A DNA stretch of 64,000 nt, taken from Acidobacteriaceae bacterium (GTDB lineage: Bacteria; Acidobacteriota; Terriglobia; Terriglobales; Acidobacteriaceae). A model generated the notes under the pieces. The model had not been told where the DNA came from and ran no database searches. It was given only the letters and a program-made list of their open reading frames with translations. The DNA is taken from NCBI GenBank assembly GCA_035482355.1, contig DATHQV010000164.1, positions 28,228 to 92,227 of the forward strand, read 5' to 3'. Shown here piece after piece: positions 10,017 through 18,060 of this stretch. The first letter of the stretch is position 1, and each line of letters starts with the position of its first letter. Position numbers and translations under genes: made by a program.

Positions 10017-10039
10017 ATATTTGTCAACGGATAATATAT
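10017..10039. promoter_or_regulatory. inverted repeat TATATT-N11-AATATA containing TTGTCAAC, candidate GntR/FadR-type operator
   Basis: AT-rich palindrome in the divergent region between the FAH gene and the GntR/FCD regulator. The core GT-N-AC resembles the generic GntR box. Confidence 0.25.
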
Positions 10040-10136
10040 TTTTATAGCGAGTCGGGAAGTGGTTGAGGTACGGTGTTTGACGAGGGCTCAGGCGCGGGAA
10101 ATGAAAACAGTCGCAATCGGTGAAGGTTCGTCCAAC

Positions 10137-10829
10137 ATGACGGAGGGAGCCTATCTGAGTTTGCGGGCGGATCTGCTCGCGTGCCGCATTCTGCCGGGAA
10201 GCAAGCTGAAAATCCAGGACCTGTGCGCGCATTACTCGGTGAGCCTCGGCGCAATCCGCGAGGCATTGTCGCGTCTCAGTTCGGAAGGTCTGGTGGTTGC
10301 CGAGCCACAGCGGGGCTTTCGTGCCGCGCCCATCTCAGCCGCGGATCTCGAAGATCTGACGATGGCGCGCATTGAGATCGACAGCATCTGCCTGCGTCAC
10401 GCCATCTCCGATGGGGATGTGCAGTGGGAGGCCCGCCTGGTCGCCGCTGCACATCGTCTGGCTCGCACGCCGGAACGCGACGCCGGCGATCCGGCGCGAT
10501 CGAATGAAGAATGGGCGGTTGCTCACGCGGCTTTTCATCTCGCGCTTGTCGATGGATGCGGCAGCCCCTGGCTTCTCCATCTTCACTCGCTACTTTATGC
10601 GCAGAGCGAGCGCTATCGGCGGTTGTCGGTCCCCTTCGCGCCCAAAGGGCGCAACGTGAATAAGGAGCATCAGGCGATCGTGAATGCCGCGTTCGCCCGC
10701 GACTCCGAGCTGGCAGTTCGCCTGATCTCCGCGCACCTGACAACAACTACGCGCATTCTTTTGAACGCCGTCGTCAAAGGCAAACCGCTGCTCGACAATG
10801 CGCACGACCGCGACGCCGTTACAAAATAA
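10137..10829 (+). CDS. GntR family transcriptional regulator, FadR/FCD subfamily
   Basis: wHTH (LCAHYSVSLGAIREALSRLSSEGLV) plus an all-helical FCD-like C-terminal domain. Start uncertain (10059, 10101 or 10137). Confidence 0.85.
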   Translation: MTEGAYLSLRADLLACRILPGSKLKIQDLCAHYSVSLGAIREALSRLSSEGLVVAEPQRGFRAAPISAADLEDLTMARIEIDSICLRHAISDGDVQWEARLVAAAHRLARTPERDAGDPARSNEEWAVAHAAFHLALVDGCGSPWLLHLHSLLYAQSERYRRLSVPFAPKGRNVNKEHQAIVNAAFARDSELAVRLISAHLTTTTRILLNAVVKGKPLLDNAHDRDAVTK

Positions 10830-10864
10830 CCCGTCTTTGATTCCTGCCCGTGGAGGACCGCACG

Positions 10865-11911
10865 ATGGCCGAAAAATACTCCTGGCTGCAACGTCAGCGA
10901 AAACCAGCTCTCCTTACTGGTCTCAGCGTCCTCATTTGTATGCCGGGACAAGCGCAGCAAACCGCCTCCACTATTCCTCCGCCGTCCTTAGCGCCAGCTA
11001 TCAAACCTCTGCTGGTCGGCTACGTGCCTGCCTATAACGGCTCAAGCCTCGCCGGTTCGATCACCGGTCTCGACCTCTCGCGCATCACGCACCTCAACAT
11101 CGCCTTCGGAAATCCGCCTCAATGCAGCGGCCCGTGTACCGCGCAAAGCGACATGACGTTCAGCCTCCACGGCCAGAGCGATCCCGATATCGACGCGTTC
11201 GTTGCGGCCGCCCACACCGCAGGCGTCAAGGTGCTGCTCTCCATCGGTGGAGGCGGAGGAGATCAGCGCATCATTCAGTTCTATAACGTTGGTTTGTCGG
11301 CGCCGCTGGTCGCGTCACTGGACAAGTTCGCTCGCGCACACCAGCTTGATGGAGTCGACCTTGACATCGAAGATCCCAGCAACATGGGCGCTCCCTTCGC
11401 AACGCTGGTATCCACGCTTACCTCTACATTCCATCCAGAGGGGAAAGTTGTAACCGCGGCGGTCGCGCCCTATCTTCAGGGCTCCATGCCCGATGCGGCG
11501 CTTCATCAATTCGATTTCATCAACGTCATGAGTTACTCGTCCTGCGCTGCGGCAGTCAACGCGCTGCAGTTCTACGCGCAAAATAAGAAAGTTTCGAAGA
11601 ATCAGATCGTGCTGGGTGTGCCCTTTTTCGCATCCAACTCCGGCGACAGCAAAGAGGAAGACTACGGCAAAGTGCTGGCCGCATATCCCAATGCCTGGCG
11701 GGTGGATACGGTCGGCGGGGGCGCTCTCGATGACGGACAGGCATTCTCTTATGTTGGCGAAGGCACTATGGCGCAGGAGACGCAACTCGGGCGGCAGTAT
11801 GGAGGAATCATGATCTGGGAGATGATGGGCGACGCACCTTCCCCGCATTCGCTCTTAAAGGTCATCGAGCAGAACATCGACTCTCCCGCCGGCGTCGCAG
11901 CCATCAGGTAA
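10865..11911 (+). CDS. glycoside hydrolase family 18 (chitinase / endo-beta-N-acetylglucosaminidase-like), secreted
   Basis: Signal peptide, then the GH18 catalytic motif DGVDLDIE (DxxDxDxE), MSYS and GGIMIWE. Confidence 0.85.
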   Translation: MAEKYSWLQRQRKPALLTGLSVLICMPGQAQQTASTIPPPSLAPAIKPLLVGYVPAYNGSSLAGSITGLDLSRITHLNIAFGNPPQCSGPCTAQSDMTFSLHGQSDPDIDAFVAAAHTAGVKVLLSIGGGGGDQRIIQFYNVGLSAPLVASLDKFARAHQLDGVDLDIEDPSNMGAPFATLVSTLTSTFHPEGKVVTAAVAPYLQGSMPDAALHQFDFINVMSYSSCAAAVNALQFYAQNKKVSKNQIVLGVPFFASNSGDSKEEDYGKVLAAYPNAWRVDTVGGGALDDGQAFSYVGEGTMAQETQLGRQYGGIMIWEMMGDAPSPHSLLKVIEQNIDSPAGVAAIR

Positions 11912-11972
11912 CCGCGCGCCAGATTTCCTGAGATGCAATCAGGGAATTTCAGTTCTCGTCGACTCTCTGGCG

Positions 11973-12689
11973 CTAACGGAACCGCCGCACGCGCAGCGTG
12001 TGCCGCCCCGACCGGTAGAATCCCACCACGTACACCGTTGCGCGGCTCTTCGTGGAGAAAATCAGTTGCCGGATGCGCAGCAGCGGGCTCCCGCAGGTGA
12101 TTGCGAGAAGATCCGCCAGGCGCAGGTCTGCATCTGTCGCGTCGATCTCCTCATCTGAGTACGCCAGCTCCACGCCGAATTCCCGTTCCATTACGCCAAA
12201 CAGCGAAACCCGCTCCAGCGGCGCGTCCACCAGGTTCGGATACTCATCGGCCGACCAGTAGCAGGTCTCCAGCGCCACCGACTCATTGCCCGCCAGGCGG
12301 ACACGCTCCACCTTGCCCAGCCGGGCGGTCGGTGCGAGTCCCAGCCGCGCCGCAATCTCCTGCTCCCGGGTCGCCATCTCGCGCGTGACCACGCGCGAAT
12401 TGGTTGTCAGCCCCAGGCTCACCATATGCTCTGTGTAGCTCAGCAACTTGTTGAACTGAACCCGCGGCCCGGCCACGAAGGTTCCCGCTCCGTGGCGCCG
12501 TTCCACGATCCCATCCCGCGCCATCTCGCTCAGCGCATGGCGCGCCGTCATCAGGCTCACCTTATGCAGCCGCGCCAGTTCGCGCTCTGACGGAACGGAA
12601 TTTCCCGGTTTCAGTTTTCCTGAGTCGATCCGCTGGCGGATGGCCTTCTGAATCTGCTTGTAGGCTGGTTCCGCGTTGCGGTTCCGCAT
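11973..12689 (-). CDS. GntR family transcriptional regulator, HutC subfamily (UTRA effector domain; NagR/DasR-like)
   Basis: YKQIQKAIRQRIDSGKLKPGNSVPSERELARLHKVSLMTARHALSEMARDGIVERRHGAGTFV plus a UTRA-like C-terminus. ATG at 12689. Confidence 0.9.
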   Translation of the reverse strand: MRNRNAEPAYKQIQKAIRQRIDSGKLKPGNSVPSERELARLHKVSLMTARHALSEMARDGIVERRHGAGTFVAGPRVQFNKLLSYTEHMVSLGLTTNSRVVTREMATREQEIAARLGLAPTARLGKVERVRLAGNESVALETCYWSADEYPNLVDAPLERVSLFGVMEREFGVELAYSDEEIDATDADLRLADLLAITCGSPLLRIRQLIFSTKSRATVYVVGFYRSGRHTLRVRRFR

Positions 12690-12871
12690 CGTTTTCTTCA
12701 CTGCGAATACTGGTGACGGTCTCATCCGGTCTGACCTCATGTTTTGCGCAGATTCACACGGCCGCCGAATTCAGTTCCGGCCGACTGGAAGAATGCATCC
12801 TGCTCCCCAGTCGTTCCGAATACCAGAGCAGAGGATCTGCTATAGGGCGGCATCCTGGCAGAGAACTGATT

Positions 12872-12881
12872 GCTATATAGC
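12872..12881. promoter_or_regulatory. perfect 10-bp palindrome GCTATATAGC (site 1), candidate HutC-regulator operator
   Basis: Lies in the 730-bp gap between the HutC-type GntR gene and the TonB-dependent receptor. A degenerate copy, TGCTATAGGGC, sits at 12838-12848. Confidence 0.35.
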
Positions 12882-13105
12882 GGACACGGTAGCATCGAAC
12901 CCGGAGAATGTAAACACTGCCGTTCCTGTTGCCAGACGGTGGGGGAGGGTTGGCCCCTTCCCTTTACCAGCCCCAAACCCGCTGCCGCTCCGGTAATTGC
13001 GAACATTGCGCTCCAACCACCGCCTCTCCGGCCTCCGTCGCCGCCTTGTCCACAGGGAAGCTCCGCAGCCCCGCCGCTTTGGGGCGTGGCGTCTTTCCTG
13101 GGATT

Positions 13106-13115
13106 GCTATATAGG
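13106..13115. promoter_or_regulatory. GCTATATAGG (9/10 match to the palindrome), site 2
   Basis: Same flanks (ATTGCTATATAG) as site 1, and 21 bp (two helical turns) upstream of site 3. Confidence 0.35.
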
Positions 13116-13126
13116 GCTGCGAATGT

Positions 13127-13136
13127 GCTATATAGC
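13127..13136. promoter_or_regulatory. perfect palindrome GCTATATAGC, site 3
   Basis: Second perfect copy. Immediately followed by an AT-rich, promoter-like stretch (13141-13185) upstream of the receptor gene. Confidence 0.35.
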
Positions 13137-13421
13137 TACCCTTATAAAACTTCCTAAAAAAAGTAGTTGCTTTTTTCTGAAAACCGCCATACGCTAGGGG
13201 CCACATTTCTGATGCTCTTTCCCCTGCTCCCCAGCAGAAATGCTTTCGGTAAGAAGTGAAGCTTTCCGGACAGCAGCACAGTGCGAGCGCGCATTGCTCG
13301 GTTCGTTTCGATGCGCTCGGTCAGGTCTATCAATAGAATCGCCCCGCATTCATTCTGCAGTGAGTCGAGTGTATGTTGCAGAACCAGAAGAAGCCGGGAG
13401 CAATTGCGCAGTTCACTTTTC

Positions 13422-16400
13422 ATGGAGGCCGCGACAATGGGTAAGAAAGCAATCTCGTTATTCGGTTCCCTGTTGGTAATTCTGACCGTTCTGGTCCCTT
13501 CGGTAAGGGGTCAGGAAGTCACCGGATCGATCGTCGGTACGATCACCGACGTAAGCGGCGCTGCCGTCCCCGGGGCAACGGTCAAAGCGACATCGGTGGA
13601 TCGGGGTACCAGCTTCAGCGACGTGTCCAACGATGCCGGTCTCTATCGCATCGCGGCGCTGCCGGCGGATAACTACACGCTCACGATTGAGAAATCCGGA
13701 TTTGCCACGGTCTCCCACAGCGCGTTTGTCCTTGCCGTCAATCAGGTTGCACGCATCGACGTGGCGCTCAAGGTTGGGCAGGTAACCGAAACGCTGAGAG
13801 TGAGCGGCGCGCCGCCAGTTCTGGAAACGGACTCAACGCAGGTGAATACTGTCATCAACGCGGAGACCAACGACAACCTGCCGCTCGCCTCGCGCAACTA
13901 TGTCCAGCTCACTCTGCTGGCTCCAGGCGCGGTCACAACCGATCCCAGCAGCTTCAACAACGGCAACAATACCGCTGGTTATGGAGGCCGTCCGCTGATC
14001 AACGGCAACCGCGAGCAGGCAAACAACTTCCTGCTGGACGGTATGGACAACAATCAGGTTTCTGACAACCTGCTGGGTTACACGCCGGCACCGGATGCGA
14101 TTCAGGAGTTCAACCTGATCACGAGCAACGCTCCGGCCGAGTTCGGGAATTTTGAGGGCGGCATTGTCAACGCCACCATCAAGTCGGGGACCAATTCATT
14201 CCACGGCGATGTATGGGAGTATTTCCGCAACGATGTCCTGAATGCGAACAGCTGGTCCAATAACCTGACGGGCCTGGCGAAAAGCGCAATTCGCTGGAAC
14301 ATGTATGGCTTTACCTTCGGCGGCCCGATCCTGAAGAACAAGCTCTTCTTCTTCGCCGATTATCAGGGACAGCGGTTCGATATACCGAGTTCACAGGGGC
14401 AGATTACCGTTGCCACTGCGGCTGAACGCACGGGCGACTTCGGCGCGCTTTGCAGCGCGGGCTTTGACACTGCAGGAGACTGCAAAGGGACGGGTCAGCT
14501 GTACAACCCCTGCGCGTCCTTCACCGCGCCGTGCACGCCCGGGTCTACTCCGGCATCGCCGCGCAACCCCTTCCCGTTTAACATGATTCCTTCTGCGATG
14601 ATCAGCCCGGTAGCGTCGAACCTTTTCGCTTCCAGTCTCTACCCCGCCGCGACAAACACTAAGCTGCAGGATAATGCGATCAACACCGCAGTTTCAGCTG
14701 AGAATGTGGACCAGGGTGACTTGAAGGTCGACTACTCGCTCGATTCAAAGGACAACATTTCCTATCGTTTCACCCGGGCCTATCAGAACAATCCCGCTAC
14801 GAACTCAGTGGCATTGTTGTCGAATAGCTATGCCACGACGCCGATTTACAACACAGTAGGCGACTGGACCAGGACGTTTTCAAGCACCATTCTGAATAAC
14901 TTCCGCCTGGGCTGGAGCCACATCACGCTCAACAGCGGCAACAGCTGGGCTTCGGGCGTAGGCGATCTCGGCAACACGCTGGGCATCGGAAACGGCAACC
15001 CTCCGAACGTGCCCGGCCTGCTGGCCCTCAATTTTTCCAACACCACCCTCAACAATTTGGGCGCGTCCGAGGAGACCCAGAGTTTTGATGACCACGTCTG
15101 GCAGGGTGAAGATTCGGTGAGCTGGAACCGCGGACGGCACAGTTACAAATTCGGCGGCCAATATTGGCGCGAAACGATCAAGACGTTTTACGCCGGTAAT
15201 AACGGCGAGTTGGGATTGATGGACTTCAACGGACAGTTTACTGCCGTCAACCCCTCTTCGGCCGGGAACGGAACGGGCGACGGCGGCGCGGATTTTGTAC
15301 TTGGCCTCCCGCAAACGTATGGGCGTGGCGTGAGCACAGGCGCTACATGGCAGCAGTCAGAGAACGTGATTGGCATCTACGCCGAAGACACATGGCGGGC
15401 CACCGACAACCTCACCCTGAACCTTGGCCTGCGCTACGACGCGCATACGCCCTGGGTGGAAAGCAATAATGAACAGGCCAATTACAACATCAACAGCGGG
15501 CAAATTCAGCTCGCGGGCCAGGATGGAGCCAGCCGCGCGCTCTATAACGGTTTTTACGGCGGGAGGGACTTCCAGCCGCGCCTCGGTTTCGCATGGACAC
15601 CCTCAAGGATGAGCAACCGCACTGTGGTGCGGGGCGCGTTCACCATCTCGTCCTATCTTGAAGGTACGGGTACCAACCTCCGCCTTACCCTCAACCCGCC
15701 GTACACTCCGGCGGAAATCAATGCGGTTTACAGCAACGATAACCTGCCTCTCACGGATACGAGCCAGGGCATTGTAGGCACCGGATCCAACTTGTCATGC
15801 GCGGCGCCGGCTTACGCCTGCTACGCCCAGTCGCTCATGCGGGTATGGGATCCCAACGTGCAGCCGGCGATCGCGTATCAGTGGAACTTCACCATCCAGC
15901 AGCAAATTGCGAGTGGAACAACCTTCCAGATTGGGTATGTAGGGCAAAAGGGCATTCATCTGATGGTGCCGTTCGATTTTGGGCAGAGAGTGCTCCAGTC
16001 GAATGCATCCTGCAGCTCGCCGCCGTGTTCGTCGGACAGCCCTTATTTTGCGAAGAACCTGCCACTCTACAGCTCGCTGGGCAACCCGGCTCTGACAGAC
16101 AGCGATGGAAACCTTCTGTCGGCGGATAATAACGGAGTTAACGAAGGGGCAACGATATCCGGCACGAAATCAAATGGAAATATGGAGTACAACTCTCTGC
16201 AGTCCGTTTTGCAGAAGGAAATGTCGAAAGGGCTTCAGGGACAAGTCTCCTACACGTACTCGAAATGCATGTCTGACAACACCGGATATTACGGAGCGTG
16301 GAATAACGCGCTGAGCGCCTCGGCGTACTGGCAGAATGTCTACGATCAGAGGTCGGAGTGGGCGCCATGTTATTACGACGCCACGCACGTGCTGTCTGCG

Positions 16401-16931
16401 TATGCTGTTTACCAACTGCCCGTTGGGCGCGGTAAGCAATTTGCCGGCAACGTCCGGAAGTCCGTCGATGAAGTGATCGGCGGATGGGCCGTGAGCCCGA
16501 TCGTGTCGATCCGTACCGGGTGGCCACTCCCGATTTTTGGAGCGTCGGACAATTCCGGCACCTTCAGCCGTGGCGCGCGGCCGGACTGCAGTGGGCTGCC
16601 GCCAATCCAGAATACGAAGATTCCAGGGATCGGCACCCAGTGGTTCACCAACAACAACAACTTCACTCAGCCGGCAGTTGGATCATTCGGAAACTGCGCA
16701 CCGCAACTCAGCGACCTCCGGTCGCCGCGTTACACAGATGTCGACGCCAGTGTGCACAAGGATTTCTTCGTGACGGAGCGGCTCCGTGTGCAATTCCGAA
16801 CTGACTTTATTAATGCCTTCAACCACGTTCAATACAATGCTCCGAACACAACAATCGGACCAACGATGGGGCAGATTACCGGAGCGCAACCACCAAGGAA
16901 CATTCAGCTGGCTTTAAAGATTTATTATTGA
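13422..16931 (+). CDS. TonB-dependent receptor with N-terminal carboxypeptidase-regulatory-like domain
   Basis: Signal peptide MGKKAISLFGSLLVILTVLVPSVRGQ, then CarboxypepD_reg (GSIVGTITDVSGAAVPGATVKA...YRIAALPADNYTLTIEKSGF). The plug and a long beta-barrel end in an aromatic residue (LALKIYY). Start at 13422 or 13437; the 13281 extension was rejected. Confidence 0.9.
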   Translation: MEAATMGKKAISLFGSLLVILTVLVPSVRGQEVTGSIVGTITDVSGAAVPGATVKATSVDRGTSFSDVSNDAGLYRIAALPADNYTLTIEKSGFATVSHSAFVLAVNQVARIDVALKVGQVTETLRVSGAPPVLETDSTQVNTVINAETNDNLPLASRNYVQLTLLAPGAVTTDPSSFNNGNNTAGYGGRPLINGNREQANNFLLDGMDNNQVSDNLLGYTPAPDAIQEFNLITSNAPAEFGNFEGGIVNATIKSGTNSFHGDVWEYFRNDVLNANSWSNNLTGLAKSAIRWNMYGFTFGGPILKNKLFFFADYQGQRFDIPSSQGQITVATAAERTGDFGALCSAGFDTAGDCKGTGQLYNPCASFTAPCTPGSTPASPRNPFPFNMIPSAMISPVASNLFASSLYPAATNTKLQDNAINTAVSAENVDQGDLKVDYSLDSKDNISYRFTRAYQNNPATNSVALLSNSYATTPIYNTVGDWTRTFSSTILNNFRLGWSHITLNSGNSWASGVGDLGNTLGIGNGNPPNVPGLLALNFSNTTLNNLGASEETQSFDDHVWQGEDSVSWNRGRHSYKFGGQYWRETIKTFYAGNNGELGLMDFNGQFTAVNPSSAGNGTGDGGADFVLGLPQTYGRGVSTGATWQQSENVIGIYAEDTWRATDNLTLNLGLRYDAHTPWVESNNEQANYNINSGQIQLAGQDGASRALYNGFYGGRDFQPRLGFAWTPSRMSNRTVVRGAFTISSYLEGTGTNLRLTLNPPYTPAEINAVYSNDNLPLTDTSQGIVGTGSNLSCAAPAYACYAQSLMRVWDPNVQPAIAYQWNFTIQQQIASGTTFQIGYVGQKGIHLMVPFDFGQRVLQSNASCSSPPCSSDSPYFAKNLPLYSSLGNPALTDSDGNLLSADNNGVNEGATISGTKSNGNMEYNSLQSVLQKEMSKGLQGQVSYTYSKCMSDNTGYYGAWNNALSASAYWQNVYDQRSEWAPCYYDATHVLSAYAVYQLPVGRGKQFAGNVRKSVDEVIGGWAVSPIVSIRTGWPLPIFGASDNSGTFSRGARPDCSGLPPIQNTKIPGIGTQWFTNNNNFTQPAVGSFGNCAPQLSDLRSPRYTDVDASVHKDFFVTERLRVQFRTDFINAFNHVQYNAPNTTIGPTMGQITGAQPPRNIQLALKIYY

Positions 16932-16953
16932 CAAATCACACCATCGCACATTT

Positions 16954-16996
16954 CCGCTACAGGCGCAGATCGCGCCTGTAGCGGTGATTTATTATG
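16954..16996 (+). terminator. intrinsic terminator after the receptor gene
   Basis: 13-bp perfect stem CCGCTACAGGCGC / GCGCCTGTAGCGG with a 4-5 nt loop, followed by the T-rich TGATTTATTATGGTTT. Confidence 0.6.
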
Positions 16997-17031
16997 GTTT
17001 GAAAATACTTTGAAGAGCAGATCAGGCAGAA

Positions 17032-17997
17032 ATGGGTAGCTACCGGGTCGGGTCGTCCGCCGTCTTCTTCTTATTGATTGCCGCGCTTTCTGGATTCAGT
17101 TCCAGGGCTCAGCACACCGGATCAGCTTTACCAGCAACCCGAATTCCACCGCAACAAGCGATCACCCTGGCCCAACAAGGCCACTGTCGTGAATCGATTT
17201 CCGCCCTCGAGGGGGCTATGGCGGGGCAGGTTCCTGCGGAAACGCGAAAGCTCGCCGGCGTACTCGGAATTCGCTGCGCTCTTGCCCTGGACGATCGGCC
17301 GGCCACTCTGGATTTTATTCGCAAGCTCAGCAGAGATTTTGGTCGCGATCCCGATGTGCTGTATGTCATCGTGCATGCCTACACCGACCTGTCGTCGCAC
17401 ACGGCCCTGGATCTCGCTCGATTTGCGCCGCAATCCACGGCTGCTCATAAATTGAATGCGGAAGCGCTGGAAGAACAGGGCAAATGGGAGCCTGCAGAGC
17501 TTGAATATGAGGAGATCCTCAAGAAAAGCCCTGACGCTGCTGGAATTCATTTTCTGCTGGGCAGATTGTTGCTCTCGCGGCCCGATGGCGGGCCGGACGC
17601 TCCGGCACGCGCCAAAGAGGAGTTCCTGAAAGAACTTCAGATCGATCCCGCGAACGCCGACGCAGAATACATTCTGGGGGTGCTTGCGCAGCACGCCGAG
17701 GACTATGACGAAGCGATTGCCCGCTTTTCACAGGCAGCGAAGCTCAATCAAAATTTTGCTGAAGCTTACCTCGGATGGGGAGCTTCCCTGATCGGCGACA
17801 AGAAATATCAGGAGGCAATCATCCCTTTGCAGCGCGCCGAGCGCCTGACGCCCGGAAATCCCGACATCCACAACGCGCTGGCGACCGCCTTGGCAAGGAC
17901 CGGGAACAAGGCCGAAGCAGAAAAGGAATTCGCGATTCTCCGGAGCCTCAATTCTGCTGATCATTCCGATGCACCTGCTGGAGGTCCACCGCAGTAG
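17032..17997 (+). CDS. secreted tetratricopeptide (TPR) repeat protein
   Basis: Signal peptide, then repeated TPR-like helices (AEYILGVLAQHAEDYDEAIARFSQAAKLNQNFAEAYLGWGASLIGDKKYQEAIIPLQRAERLTPGNPDIHNALA). Confidence 0.8.
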   Translation: MGSYRVGSSAVFFLLIAALSGFSSRAQHTGSALPATRIPPQQAITLAQQGHCRESISALEGAMAGQVPAETRKLAGVLGIRCALALDDRPATLDFIRKLSRDFGRDPDVLYVIVHAYTDLSSHTALDLARFAPQSTAAHKLNAEALEEQGKWEPAELEYEEILKKSPDAAGIHFLLGRLLLSRPDGGPDAPARAKEEFLKELQIDPANADAEYILGVLAQHAEDYDEAIARFSQAAKLNQNFAEAYLGWGASLIGDKKYQEAIIPLQRAERLTPGNPDIHNALATALARTGNKAEAEKEFAILRSLNSADHSDAPAGGPPQ

Positions 17998-18060
17998 TAT
18001 TCATATCGCCGGTGTATTCCGCCGCAGACTCAGACATATCCGGACAAAGACCACGTCGAC

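Noticed and set aside
12676-13206. Six ORFs of 61-106 aa on both strands in the gap between the regulator and the receptor
   Set aside because: They overlap each other, have no RBS or motifs, and cover the palindrome array and AT-rich promoter-like DNA. Interpreted as regulatory space.
13281-13421. 47-codon N-terminal extension of the TonB-dependent receptor ORF, with similar extensions at 23929-24246 (CPA2), 42712-42834 (coaE), 51410-51496 (rpmI), 51245-51526 (rhaI), 62658-62951 (comM) and 56778-57035 (thiD)
   Set aside because: The track takes the first ATG/GTG/TTG in the open frame. The family-conserved N-termini or signal peptides begin at internal start codons, several with good RBSs.
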